From positions 1 to 32,000 of the forward strand of contig JAYKGY010000062.1 of NCBI GenBank assembly GCA_035285545.1: a stretch of 32,000 bases of DNA, given 5' to 3'. Shown here piece after piece: positions 9,005-19,114 of the stretch (positions are counted from its first letter, which is position 1; each line of letters starts with the position of its first letter). Under the pieces are notes generated by a model. That model had not been told where the DNA came from. It made no database searches and was given only the letters and a program-made list of their open reading frames with translations. The translations under genes were made by a program, and so were the position numbers. This stretch comes from Snowella sp. (lineage in GTDB: Bacteria; Cyanobacteriota; Cyanobacteriia; Cyanobacteriales; Microcystaceae).

Positions 9005-10327
9005 TTAGGGCAAAATTTTCACTAAAACGTTGGCGTAGGTTAAACCGGCGACTTTTTTGCTGGATTCGGGACTCAAGAGGATTTTGACCTCAACAACCCG
9101 TGCATCGATATCGGCGGATGGATCGCTGTCTAATACATCTTTTTTCCCAACTTTTAGCCCAATGGCTCGCACCTGCCCTTCTAGTTCATCGGGGAAGCTG
9201 CCATTTTCACTCTTGATTAGGGCGTTCTGTCCGGTTTTAATGCGTTGAATATCGCTTTCATAAACTTCGGCAACGACCATCATCTGCTCCGTTCTGCCAA
9301 TATCCGCTACGCCGTCAGCTTCTTTCACTTTTTCACCAGGTCGAGCATAAACTTTTAAGATCTGCCCATCAATAGGAGATTTGACCAGAGCGGTATCAAT
9401 ATTTTCTTTCGCCTCATTAAATTGGGCCAGGGCTAAATTTAGTTCCGATTGAGCTTTCATCACATCGACTTGCCGTACTTCCGCCACTTTAAATAAATTC
9501 GCTTCGGCTTCTCGTGCCTGTTGATAAAGGGTGACTTGATCCTTGTCGGCGATCGCTTTTTGTTCCCGAATTTTTTCTTCTAGGGTTGCTTCCGTTTTCA
9601 TTAATCGCGCTTGGGCTTCTTCTAGCCGTTGTTTGGCCGTTGCCACATTTAGCCCCCGCTGTTCCAATTCTGCTACAGGAAAAGCTCCTTCTTCCGCGAG
9701 AGTCCGATATCGTCGAAAATCATTAGATGCCTGACGTAACTCCGCTTCTAACCGCGCGATCGTGGCTTGTTGCTCGATCTTTTCCCCTTCCAATTCTTTG
9801 ACTAAGCTATTGTAAGCGGCTCTATTAATGGCTTGCTTCTGCTCAAATTCTGCCTTGGAACGATCAAATTCTGCTTTTTGGGCTTGGATCTCTCCCGCTT
9901 TTGCTCCGGCTGTCACAATGGCTAAATTGGCTCTGGCGACCTTCACTGCTTCACGGGCTGTCATTAAAGCCGCCACTTTGCGCTCGTAATCATCCATGAC
10001 CGCAATGACTTGATTCGCCTTAACCTTTGCCCCTTCCGGTACTAATAATCGCGCAATCTTTGCTCCCCCCATACTGGGAGCCGGAGCCAGTTTAATCACT
10101 TCGCCAACGGGTTCAATTCGTCCTAATGCAGAAATTACGCCAGTATCCAGGGATTTTACCGTAGGAGAAGACGGGGGCGTGTTTTCAGAGGCACCCGTTT
10201 TGCTGCTTTTTAATCCGTAAAAAATTGTGCCACCCGTAACCGCTAGACCCAGTACCAAGACGGTCATGATCCATTTTAAGCTGGATTCTGGAAGGGCAGG
10301 TTTAGAAGACTTGAGGGATTCACCCAT
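9005..10327 (-). CDS. devB: ABC exporter membrane fusion protein, DevB/HlyD family
   Basis: 440 aa. It has an N-terminal TM segment, a long coiled-coil region (AELRQASNDF..., LEEAQARL...) and a beta-barrel C-terminus typical of HlyD-type MFPs. Confidence 0.85.
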   Translation of the reverse strand: MGESLKSSKPALPESSLKWIMTVLVLGLAVTGGTIFYGLKSSKTGASENTPPSSPTVKSLDTGVISALGRIEPVGEVIKLAPAPSMGGAKIARLLVPEGAKVKANQVIAVMDDYERKVAALMTAREAVKVARANLAIVTAGAKAGEIQAQKAEFDRSKAEFEQKQAINRAAYNSLVKELEGEKIEQQATIARLEAELRQASNDFRRYRTLAEEGAFPVAELEQRGLNVATAKQRLEEAQARLMKTEATLEEKIREQKAIADKDQVTLYQQAREAEANLFKVAEVRQVDVMKAQSELNLALAQFNEAKENIDTALVKSPIDGQILKVYARPGEKVKEADGVADIGRTEQMMVVAEVYESDIQRIKTGQNALIKSENGSFPDELEGQVRAIGLKVGKKDVLDSDPSADIDARVVEVKILLSPESSKKVAGLTYANVLVKILP

Positions 10328-10562
10328 AGCATTGGGAAGGTTGGATTGAATTGTACCGTTTGATGGCTAAATAGCGGGTTAAGTTCCTAAAGAATAAGCT
10401 TTTTGGGAGATTGATTGAATTGCGTTGTCGGAATTCAGAAAATTTGTATGAATCTTGTATCACTCAAAGATGAATGGGTGACATTCGCGCTAGGAACTTG
10501 CTGTTTAATTGTAACGTAAAGTTAAGTAAACAGCTTGGAACAATTCTGTAATCTACGGGATT

Positions 10563-11300
10563 TTAAACGGGAATATCAAACAGAACCTGGGTCATGTAAC
10601 GTTCGGCCCAATCGTCTCCAAAGGCTTTTTCGAGAACCCGACGGGTTTTATCGTTCTGTTGTTGTTTGGTGCAGTAGTAGCGTTGGCCGTTTAAATGCTC
10701 GGTTTGTTCTGGCTCGGATAATTGAGCGGCTTGGGTTGCTTGTTGACAGTGAACTTGTAAAAAATCACTTACTCGGTTTAAAAAGGCTTCTTCTTCTGCG
10801 CGATCGCTGGGTCGAATAAAGAGACAGTACTGAGAAAAAATATCGCCCCATTCAGGTAGGTCACGCATTTGGGAAAATTCTGGTGCAGAAAGTTGATCTA
10901 AGGCTTGACAGTATGCGGTGGATAGGGTTCGTTGTTGATTGGTGGGCGATAAATCGGCGATCGCGGCACTGACCCCCCCTCGACCCGCCACAATATCACA
11001 ACCAAACATCGGTAGGCCATACTCAGGATTGGGAAACATCACACAATGAAGAATATCTAAATTAGTGCCCACCTTGGCCAATTCGAGGTGCATTTTCCGA
11101 AACTGTGGCGTTTGGTAACACCGATTTTCAATTACCAGTTTTTCTCCTTCTAGGCGGCCTTCGATATAGCCCAATCCCTCTGGTAATTCGTAGGGAGATA
11201 ATTGTAAGTATTGATGCCAATTCGCCAGAATGCGATCGGCCAGTTGATGAATCAGGGGATGGAGTTGCTCGCGGAGATCAGGAGAAGAAGTTTCTAACAT
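10563..11300 (-). CDS. pcyA: Phycocyanobilin:ferredoxin oxidoreductase
   Basis: [35 protein letters not shown] is near-identical to known PcyA. The ATG at 11300 (MLETSS) is preferred; the ATG at 11324 is an alternative. Confidence 0.9.
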   Translation of the reverse strand: MLETSSPDLREQLHPLIHQLADRILANWHQYLQLSPYELPEGLGYIEGRLEGEKLVIENRCYQTPQFRKMHLELAKVGTNLDILHCVMFPNPEYGLPMFGCDIVAGRGGVSAAIADLSPTNQQRTLSTAYCQALDQLSAPEFSQMRDLPEWGDIFSQYCLFIRPSDRAEEEAFLNRVSDFLQVHCQQATQAAQLSEPEQTEHLNGQRYYCTKQQQNDKTRRVLEKAFGDDWAERYMTQVLFDIPV

Positions 11301-11553
11301 GATGAAAAATCGACAGAAGGACATTGCAGACCTTGATCCACCGTATCACGTTACTCGACTTCCGTTGGGCTTGCTTTACATTTCACAAAATTTATTTCGG
11401 ATTTTCTGTAACCTTGGACTTAATTAATGACATTAATGACATACCCGGATTAGCGAGTTCAAAAAATTTTTTAAAGGGCTTGTATAAAACAATACTTATG
11501 CTATGATGATTAATCGTCGGTTAAAGATGAAATGCCGATGAATCCCAGATGCT

Positions 11554-11639
11554 GGGGGTGTGGCGGAATGGTAGACGCTGCGGACTTAAAATCCGTTGAG
11601 CCTTATAAGCTCGTGAGAGTTCAAGTCTCTCCACCCCCA
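11554..11639 (+). tRNA. trnL: tRNA-Leu (anticodon UAA), class II long variable arm, no intron
   Basis: Acceptor stem gggggtg/caccccc plus discriminator a. Anticodon stem gcgga/tccgt with loop cttaaaa. Long variable arm tgagccttataagctcg. T arm gagag-ttcaagt-ctctc. Confidence 0.9.
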
Positions 11640-14600
11640 TTCAAATGATTGCTCTCAATGCTCCCTTCGGCTTGGTGGACGATTTCTCGTAATTGATCCA
11701 GTATTTGAGAATTCGGCGATCGCCACAGCCCCCGTTGACTGGCTTCTAATAATCGTTCTGCCATATCCCGTAAGGCCCACGGGTTTTTAGATTGAATAAA
11801 GGCTTGTACTTTTTCGTCTAACACATAGGCTTCGGCTACCCCTTGATAGATAAAATCTTCCACACAATGGGTAGTGGCATCGTAGGCAAATAAATAATCG
11901 ACCGTTGCTGCCATTTCAAACGCGCCTTTATAACCGTGTCGCATGACTCCTTCGATCCATTTGGGGTTAATCACCCGCGATCGATAGACTTTTTTAATTT
12001 CTTCGGTTAATAACTTAACTTTAGGATTTTCAGGAATGGCATTATCCCCAAAATACAGCGTCGGATTTTTGCCCGTTAAGGCCCGCACCGCGACACTTAA
12101 CCCACCTTGAAATTGATAGTAATCATCGGAATCGAGCAAGTCATGTTCCCGATTATCCTGATTATGGAGGACAATATCTAACTGTTTTAAGCGTTCTTCA
12201 AATACCTCTGGAACACCGTGACCGATACCGTTTTGATCATAGGCATAGCAACTCCAATTGATATAAGCTTTGGCTAAATCCTGATCGGTCTGCCAATTTT
12301 GAGATTCAATTAAGCCCTGCAATCCTGCCCCGTATGCCCCTGGTTTTGATCCGAAGATTCGGTAGCTGGCTCGTTTCTCCGCTTGTTCTACGGATAACCC
12401 CTGGGTTTGCCAAAATTGAGTTTCTTGTTGAACTTTGGCCGCTAAGGGGTTTAATTCTGGCTCTTCGTCTAAATCAGAAACGGCTTGAATGGCACTATTT
12501 AATAACTGCAATAAATTGGGAAAGCTATCCCGAAAAAATCCTGAAATTCGCACGGTCACATCAACTCTCGGTCGTCCTAAGGCTGAAACCGGCAAAATTT
12601 CAAAGTCCACCACTCGCCGCGAGGGGCCATCCCAGATCGGTCGAACTCCCAATAGAGCCAGCACTTGCGCCAAATCATCCCCCCCTGTCCGCATAGTGGA
12701 AGTTCCCCAAATGGAAATGGCTAGGGTTTTGGGATAATCACCGTGATCCTGAGTATAGCGTTCGACTAAGGCTTCGGCGGCTTTTCGACCTACATCCCAG
12801 GCGGTTTCGGTGGGAATAGCACGAATATCGACAGAATAAAAGTTTCGGCCTGTGGGTAACACTTCTGGACGGCCTCTTGTGGGTGCGCCCGATGCGCCAC
12901 TGGGAACATATTCTCCGTTTAAGCCTTTGAGTAAGTTAGTAATTTCTTGGGTCGTTTGCTGAAGAGAGGGTAACAGGCTGGTTTGAATCCATTGCAAAAT
13001 TTTTTGCGTTTCGAGGAGATTGATCCCCCCTAGCCCCCCTTGATAAGGGGGGAAATAAAAATTCGTATAGTTTTTATTAAGTAAGGTTTCAATTAACTGG
13101 TGGCTATAGTCTTCTAAAACTGCGATCGCGTCTCCTACGATCCGAGCTTTTTGGAGGGGTTCTGCTAGTTCCGTAACGTGAATATCAGGGTAAATGAAGG
13201 GATCATTAAAGGGTGTCGTTAGGGGATTAAAATCGAGGTCTAAATCCTGTGCTAATGCCTGAGTTAACCCTAATCGGTTCAACCCTGGGGAACGGGCGAT
13301 CGCGAGAATTAAATCTCTGAGTTGTTGACCCTGGGGACATTCTCCAAAAATATGTAAACCGTCACGGATCTGGGCTTCTTTTAATTCACAGAGATAACCA
13401 TCGGCAATATTCAGAAATTGGATAATACTTTCTTTTTGGTTAATATCGATTCCTAAATCTTGGTGTAAGTCGGTTTTAGTGATTAATTCCGTTAGGCGAT
13501 CGCTGATGGGTTTTAAGCGGGTGGGATCAAGCGATTGAGCTTCGTAATATTCATCAATTAAGTTTTCCAATTTTTGTAAATCCCCATAAAGTTCAGCACG
13601 GGTTAAAGGCGGCGTTAAATGATCTAAAATGACCGCATGGGAACGGCGTTTTGCTTGGGAGCCTTCCCCTGGATCATTGACAATAAAGGGGTAAAAATTA
13701 GGAATAGAATTTAAGGCAATTTCGGGATAACACTGATTGGATAGGGCTAAACTTTTTCCGGGTAACCATTCTAAATTACCGTGTTTTCCTAAATGGATAA
13801 TCGCTAAGGTTTTAAACTTTTCCCGTAACCAATAATAAAAGGCTAAATATTCAGGGGTTGGTTCTAAATCGGGCGCATGGTAATTCAAACCGGGATCAAT
13901 ATCGTAACCCCGTGACGGTTGAATACCGATGAAAATATTACCGCATTGAATACCTGCAATCGGAAGTTCGGTTAATTGTTCAGTAAAAATTTTATCTTTA
14001 AAATAATCTTGCCAACGTTCATTAATGGCGGCTTGAACTGTAAGGGGCAAACTTTCAAAATAACGGTGATATTCATTTAACGATAAAGATTGATTAACTT
14101 GACGCAATTCTCGACTTTCTAAGTCATTGGTTACGCCTTGAGTTAAACGTTCGATTAATTCCTCAGGGCTTTTGGGTTCATTTTCTAAATAATATCCTGC
14201 TGCTTTTAAGGCTTCCAAAATTTTGATGCAACTTGCGGGCGTATCTAACCCCACGCCATTGGCTAAACGGCCATCTTTATTAGGATAATTGGCTAAAATA
14301 ATGGCAATTTTTTTATCTTGTATAGGCGTATTTTTTAAAGTACATAAATTAGCGGTTAAATCAGCAACAAAATTTACCCGATCGCGTTGAGGTTGGTAAC
14401 TAACAACATGGGTTTCTAAATACTCGTTCCAAGTCGCGATCGCTTTAAAAGAAATAGCTCTGGTAATAATCCGTCCATCTACTTCGGGTAGGGCAACATT
14501 CATGGCCACATCGCGGGGACTTAAACCTTGAAACGAATTTTCCCATTGTTCTACAGTCCCACTACTAAAAATAACTTGTAGGATAGGAAGATTTAACTGT

Positions 14601-15544
14601 TTCCAAAGGGCTAAATTATCATCTGTTTCCCCTTCTGCTTGGATTTTTGCTAAGGAAAAACTGGTGGTATTTAATAAAACCTGAATACTGGAATTATGAT
14701 TAACTTGAAAATAATTGATTAATTCTTCTTGAACTTCAATATCGCGGAGTGAAGAAATAAAAATGGGGACAGGAATTAAATTTCTTTCGATCAAAGCTTG
14801 ACATAACGCATCAATGGGTAAAGTGTTCCCCGCTAAATAATGCGATCGATAAAATAAAATACCAACTTTAACTTGCGAGCTATCTTGTTCTGATTTTCCT
14901 TTTAAATCTTGCTTAATCGGGTTATTTAAGGAATAACTGATATCGGGAAGAGATGGAGAATTTAAACTATTTTCAGGTTGTTTTTGTTTATTTCTAAAAG
15001 CATAAATACCTACTTTTGGAACAACTTGTGGTGGTAAAAAAAGATGCTCCGTTTTAAGACAATAATTGCTAAGATATTTCAATCCATTAATCCAATTTTC
15101 AATGCCGCCTTCGGTGAAGTATTGCCAAACTTGATGGACAATTTTTAGGGGAACGGTAGAGTGGCTCATCAACTCTGGATCGGGTCGATCATCGCCTGGT
15201 AGCACTAGCAATGCAATTTCCTGATTTTTAGCTATTTCTTTTAATATTTCTAGCCCATACAACCAATAGGAACGTCCGCCGAGTAATCGCAAAATAATGA
15301 CCTTAGATTGAGACAGCACCTTATCCGCGTAGTCATCAATACTCAGGGGTTGTTGCAGGTTTAATAGGTGAACTGAACGAATAGTGGGAAAATCAGACGG
15401 AAGATGGGGAATAGTCGCTGCTAAACATTGAATATCTGTGTCGGCTGCGGTCAGAATAACGATTTCCCCCGGATTTTGTTCAATAAAAATTACACCATCA
15501 GTCTCAGGTGTCCAGCCACCAGGGGTCGCGGTGAGTCGGTGCAT
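11621..15544 (-). CDS. cobN: Cobaltochelatase subunit CobN
   Basis: 1307 aa. The N-terminus MHRLTATPGGWTPETDGVIFIEQNPGEIVILTAADTDIQCLA is typical of CobN rather than ChlH. There is CobN/Mg-chelatase H-family similarity throughout. Confidence 0.9.
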   Translation of the reverse strand: MHRLTATPGGWTPETDGVIFIEQNPGEIVILTAADTDIQCLAATIPHLPSDFPTIRSVHLLNLQQPLSIDDYADKVLSQSKVIILRLLGGRSYWLYGLEILKEIAKNQEIALLVLPGDDRPDPELMSHSTVPLKIVHQVWQYFTEGGIENWINGLKYLSNYCLKTEHLFLPPQVVPKVGIYAFRNKQKQPENSLNSPSLPDISYSLNNPIKQDLKGKSEQDSSQVKVGILFYRSHYLAGNTLPIDALCQALIERNLIPVPIFISSLRDIEVQEELINYFQVNHNSSIQVLLNTTSFSLAKIQAEGETDDNLALWKQLNLPILQVIFSSGTVEQWENSFQGLSPRDVAMNVALPEVDGRIITRAISFKAIATWNEYLETHVVSYQPQRDRVNFVADLTANLCTLKNTPIQDKKIAIILANYPNKDGRLANGVGLDTPASCIKILEALKAAGYYLENEPKSPEELIERLTQGVTNDLESRELRQVNQSLSLNEYHRYFESLPLTVQAAINERWQDYFKDKIFTEQLTELPIAGIQCGNIFIGIQPSRGYDIDPGLNYHAPDLEPTPEYLAFYYWLREKFKTLAIIHLGKHGNLEWLPGKSLALSNQCYPEIALNSIPNFYPFIVNDPGEGSQAKRRSHAVILDHLTPPLTRAELYGDLQKLENLIDEYYEAQSLDPTRLKPISDRLTELITKTDLHQDLGIDINQKESIIQFLNIADGYLCELKEAQIRDGLHIFGECPQGQQLRDLILAIARSPGLNRLGLTQALAQDLDLDFNPLTTPFNDPFIYPDIHVTELAEPLQKARIVGDAIAVLEDYSHQLIETLLNKNYTNFYFPPYQGGLGGINLLETQKILQWIQTSLLPSLQQTTQEITNLLKGLNGEYVPSGASGAPTRGRPEVLPTGRNFYSVDIRAIPTETAWDVGRKAAEALVERYTQDHGDYPKTLAISIWGTSTMRTGGDDLAQVLALLGVRPIWDGPSRRVVDFEILPVSALGRPRVDVTVRISGFFRDSFPNLLQLLNSAIQAVSDLDEEPELNPLAAKVQQETQFWQTQGLSVEQAEKRASYRIFGSKPGAYGAGLQGLIESQNWQTDQDLAKAYINWSCYAYDQNGIGHGVPEVFEERLKQLDIVLHNQDNREHDLLDSDDYYQFQGGLSVAVRALTGKNPTLYFGDNAIPENPKVKLLTEEIKKVYRSRVINPKWIEGVMRHGYKGAFEMAATVDYLFAYDATTHCVEDFIYQGVAEAYVLDEKVQAFIQSKNPWALRDMAERLLEASQRGLWRSPNSQILDQLREIVHQAEGSIESNHLNGGGET
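13034..13052. repeat. GC-rich perfect palindrome embedded in frame in cobN
   Basis: cccccctt-gat-aagggggg gives an 8-bp stem and 3-nt loop. It is preceded by gatcccccctag. On the coding strand it encodes FPPYQGGLGGI. Confidence 0.7.
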
Positions 15545-15648
15545 CCAAACTCCTTTTCTTTAGAAATGCTTAGGTTTTAGGGAAAACAGACGAAGAGTAT
15601 TCATCATAGAAATAACAGTGTTCCTGTAGTATCTACTCTGGGAAGATA

Positions 15649-17928
15649 ATGACTCCAGTTACTTCTACCATCTTGCGTCGAGTCCTATCGGATGTAGTCT
15701 TTGAGAAACTCGTTTCTTATTGGCAGGAATTGGCGAAGACCAATAGTAATAATACCATTCTTTTAACGGATGAGATTGGGATTGATGATCTGATAAATTA
15801 TCCCTTTCAAGTTAAACGCGATCGCTTCTCCCTTTTACTTTCTCCCCAGGGAAACGCTCTCCTACGAGGTCAACCTTTAACATCAGGTTATGATGTGAGT
15901 ATCATTGTTGATAATCAATTAATCACAGAGTTTTTAACCGAAATTGAGTGTTCAGATCAGATTAATTTAAAACAGCCAATCATCTCAGAACAACAATCTC
16001 ATTTTCAAGATCAGCTATTGCTTAAAGTCGTCGATATTATTCTGCCAGAATCCCTCAAGAAAGAAGCTTTTTTTCACACAGAAGCAATTAATAAAAACTC
16101 TAATTCTATTGCGATCGAGGCTGCTCTTTATCAACAAATTGCTCAGGAAAGATTATTAAGCCAAGTTATTGCACAAATTCGCCAAAGTCTAGAAGTTTCA
16201 ACGATTTTAGAGACTGCTGTGACTGAGGTTCGGCGTTTTCTGCAAGTTGATCGGTTAGTAATTTATCAATTCTCTGAACCCCATTTAACTCCGTTTCAAA
16301 GTGTCAATAGTAGAACCATTTATGGAGAAGTCACCTACGAATCGAGAATTTCTAATGCTATTCCATCCCTTCTACATTTAGTGACTGAAAATGATTGTTT
16401 TACTCAGGTTCCCCATTATCAAGAAAAATATTTAAATGGTCAAGTGGTTGCCATTGATCAAGTTGGAACGGCTTATTCTTCTTCCTTTTGCTTAGTAGAT
16501 CTATTACAAAAATATCAAATTGAAGCAAAATTAATTGCACCTATTTTAGTAAAAGGAAAGGTCTGGGGATTACTCATCGCTCATCAATGTTCCCATCAAC
16601 GCCAATGGCAAAAAAATGAAATTAGTTTTTTAGGACAAATTGGAGAACATTTAGCCGTTGCGATTTACCAAGCCCAACTTTATGCAGAAGTTCAGCATCA
16701 AAAAAATACCTTTGAGAAGCGTGTTGTTGAACGGACTCAAGATCTCCGAGATGCCCTACTAGCGGCCCAAGCCGCAAGCCATTTGAAGAGTGAATTTTTA
16801 GATAATATTAGCCATGAACTCCGTACCCCTTTAACCTGTGTAATTGGTTTATCAGGAACCCTACTCCATTGGTTTGAGCAGGAAAGATCCTTGTCATTAC
16901 AAAAACAACAAGCTTACTTGAAAATGATTCAAGATAGCGGCAAAAAATTAATGGGATTAATTAATGACATTATTGAACTTTCTCAACTAGAATCTGGTAA
17001 AGCCGCCCTCAATTTTCAAATTTTTTCAGTTTATAATTTGGCTCAAACAATTTTAGAACGTTTACAAGGGGAGGCTCAAAGTAAACAAATTCATTTGCAA
17101 CTTGATTTTCAAATGGATCTTAAGCATGATCAATTATGTGCTGATCCGGAGCGTATCCAACAAATTCTGTTGCATCTATTAGGTAATGGTCTTAAATTTA
17201 CCCCTGAACGGGGGAGTGTTATTTTGAGGATTTGGGAAGAAAAAAAACAAATTATTTTTCAGGTAGAGGATACGGGAGTTGGTATTGAGCAAGACCAATT
17301 TATTTTCTTATTTGAAGCCTTTAAACAATTGGATAGTACTCGTCAACGGAGTTATGAGGGAAGTGGTTTAGGATTAGCGTTAACGAAACAATTAGTCGAA
17401 TTACACGGTGGGAGTATTGACGTTGAATCGATTAAAGGAAAAGGATCTATTTTTACCATCTTTATTCCTGTTCAAAGTGTCGATAAAATCAGTGAACTTG
17501 TTCCTGTCTCCCTTGAGCCTGAAACGCCAACATTATTTAATTCAGGGGTTGTGGTATTAGAACGAAATGAAGAGGTTGCAACCCTGATTTGTGAGCTATT
17601 AACGGCGGCCGATTATCAGGTGATCTGGTTGATTGATAGTTCAATTGCGATTAAGCAAATTGAGTTATTACAACCGGGTATTGTTTTAATCGATCGCGAT
17701 TTTGAAGATGTGAAAATAATGAGTAAAATTCTCAAGCGATCGCAGTATCTTAAATCGATTAAAATAGTTGTTTTAAATGACAATCTCCCTCTAGAAGAAG
17801 AACAAGCTTATTTAGCTAGTGGCGTTGATGCTTTTTTGCCTAAACCGCTACAACCCGATGCTCTTTTACAGCAGCTAAATACATTGATTAATCATGACGC
17901 TGAGGGACTAACGGAGACGACAAACTAA
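15649..17928 (+). CDS. GAF-domain sensor histidine kinase with a C-terminal degenerate receiver domain (CikA-like architecture)
   Basis: 759 aa. GAF region about aa 170-340, H-box SHELRTPL, N/G boxes (LLGNGLKFT, DTGVGI, GSGLGLALT). The C-terminal REC-like fold has LERNEE in place of the acidic DD pair, LID retained and PKP present. Confidence 0.8.
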   Translation: MTPVTSTILRRVLSDVVFEKLVSYWQELAKTNSNNTILLTDEIGIDDLINYPFQVKRDRFSLLLSPQGNALLRGQPLTSGYDVSIIVDNQLITEFLTEIECSDQINLKQPIISEQQSHFQDQLLLKVVDIILPESLKKEAFFHTEAINKNSNSIAIEAALYQQIAQERLLSQVIAQIRQSLEVSTILETAVTEVRRFLQVDRLVIYQFSEPHLTPFQSVNSRTIYGEVTYESRISNAIPSLLHLVTENDCFTQVPHYQEKYLNGQVVAIDQVGTAYSSSFCLVDLLQKYQIEAKLIAPILVKGKVWGLLIAHQCSHQRQWQKNEISFLGQIGEHLAVAIYQAQLYAEVQHQKNTFEKRVVERTQDLRDALLAAQAASHLKSEFLDNISHELRTPLTCVIGLSGTLLHWFEQERSLSLQKQQAYLKMIQDSGKKLMGLINDIIELSQLESGKAALNFQIFSVYNLAQTILERLQGEAQSKQIHLQLDFQMDLKHDQLCADPERIQQILLHLLGNGLKFTPERGSVILRIWEEKKQIIFQVEDTGVGIEQDQFIFLFEAFKQLDSTRQRSYEGSGLGLALTKQLVELHGGSIDVESIKGKGSIFTIFIPVQSVDKISELVPVSLEPETPTLFNSGVVVLERNEEVATLICELLTAADYQVIWLIDSSIAIKQIELLQPGIVLIDRDFEDVKIMSKILKRSQYLKSIKIVVLNDNLPLEEEQAYLASGVDAFLPKPLQPDALLQQLNTLINHDAEGLTETTN

Positions 17929-18022
17929 GGGAGATTTGATAAAATACCAGCAATTATCCCGCTAAGTTTAAGGCTGCAAGCATTTTAAAACAATTATTTT
18001 AAAAAAATAAACTCAAAAATCA

Positions 18023-18574
18023 ATGTATTCTGACTATTCTGATTCCCCACCGGAAAGGCGTTTTCCCAAAGTCCCGCTAGACCGACGAGCCTATGCCTTT
18101 TTGTTAGATTTTGTCTCAGTTTGGCTATTAAGTTCCTTTGCATCAGGATTTTTACAAATCATCATTTTTTTAGGCTGTTGGTTTGGTTTGCGGGTGGTGT
18201 TAGTCGAAGTTAATCAGGGTCAAAGTTTAGGTACTTGGGCGTTTGATACGAAAGTGATCGATCTCCGCTTACGGCGAATCCCCGGTATTGTTGAATTATC
18301 GAAGCGGGAAGGCATTTTAGGGGGTGCCTCTTTACTCGCCATGATCGGACTGAATATTAATTTTATGAATGCAATTTCCATGCTGCTATTGGTGGCTCCC
18401 CTTGCCTTCGATTGTGGATTAGCCATTGGAGATGAAGCCTTACATCAAGCCTTCCACGATCGCGTAGCAGGAACAGCCATGATGCGGGCAAAACGGGGAT
18501 TTTCTTTAGATCTGCGTTTAAAAAGATTATGGTATGAAATAAAACGCCAATTGGATCAGCGAAGACAACGATAA
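18023..18574 (+). CDS. RDD-family membrane protein
   Basis: RRAYAFLLDFVSVWLL is an RDD-type motif. It is followed by several hydrophobic helices. Confidence 0.65.
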   Translation: MYSDYSDSPPERRFPKVPLDRRAYAFLLDFVSVWLLSSFASGFLQIIIFLGCWFGLRVVLVEVNQGQSLGTWAFDTKVIDLRLRRIPGIVELSKREGILGGASLLAMIGLNINFMNAISMLLLVAPLAFDCGLAIGDEALHQAFHDRVAGTAMMRAKRGFSLDLRLKRLWYEIKRQLDQRRQR

Positions 18575-18828
18575 CCCGATTCATTTTGATGATTGATTTA
18601 TTTAAATCGTAAAGATTGCTTAAAAAGCGGATTAATTGATTGCTTAATTGGCCTATCACAAAACGTAAAGATTTGTAATAGTAACGAAGGGATGATAGCC
18701 GAGAGTAAGAAAAAAACTGGTAGAATTTGGCATTAAGTAAACTGGATAACCTGTTGATTGTTTTCTTTTCGGGAAAACGAAAAATCGGTTTTTTTTGAAA
18801 TACGGACTTATTCAAGGAATAAACATCT

Positions 18829-19059
18829 ATGGCTATCAAACGTGGAGACATCGTTAGAATCAAACGTCCCGAATCCTATTGGTACGGTGATGTGGGAACT
18901 GTAGCAACAGTTGAAAAAAGCGGTATTCTCTATCCAGTGATCGTTCGTTTTGACCGCGTTAACTATAACGGGTTTAGTGGCAGTGCAACGGGCATCAACA
19001 CCAATAACTTTGCTGAAAGTGAATTGGAATTGGTTAAAGCCGCACCCGCAAAAGGTTAA
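18829..19059 (+). CDS. psaE: Photosystem I subunit IV (PsaE)
   Basis: [44 protein letters not shown] is near-identical to known PsaE. Confidence 0.95.
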   Translation: MAIKRGDIVRIKRPESYWYGDVGTVATVEKSGILYPVIVRFDRVNYNGFSGSATGINTNNFAESELELVKAAPAKG

Positions 19060-19114
19060 TTAACCGTTAAGATTGGCAAGGAGTATTCCTTGTTGATTTT
19101 TTTATTAGCCGATT

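Noticed and set aside
11324-11506. 60-aa plus-strand ORF upstream of tRNA-Leu.
   Set aside because: It sits in the pcyA/tRNA promoter region, has a TTG-type start context, shows no similarity and has implausible composition.
11554-11639. Group I intron in tRNA-Leu(UAA).
   Set aside because: The anticodon loop is contiguous and the gene is 86 nt, so no intron is present.
15545-15648. Cobalamin riboswitch upstream of cobN.
   Set aside because: Only about 104 nt separate the divergent cobN and kinase starts, too short for the roughly 200-nt element. I see no B12-box-like sequence.
18363-18863. 166-aa minus-strand ORF spanning the RDD gene 3' end and the psaE upstream region.
   Set aside because: It overlaps a better-supported gene, crosses an AT-rich intergenic promoter region, has a low-complexity random-looking sequence and has no motif.
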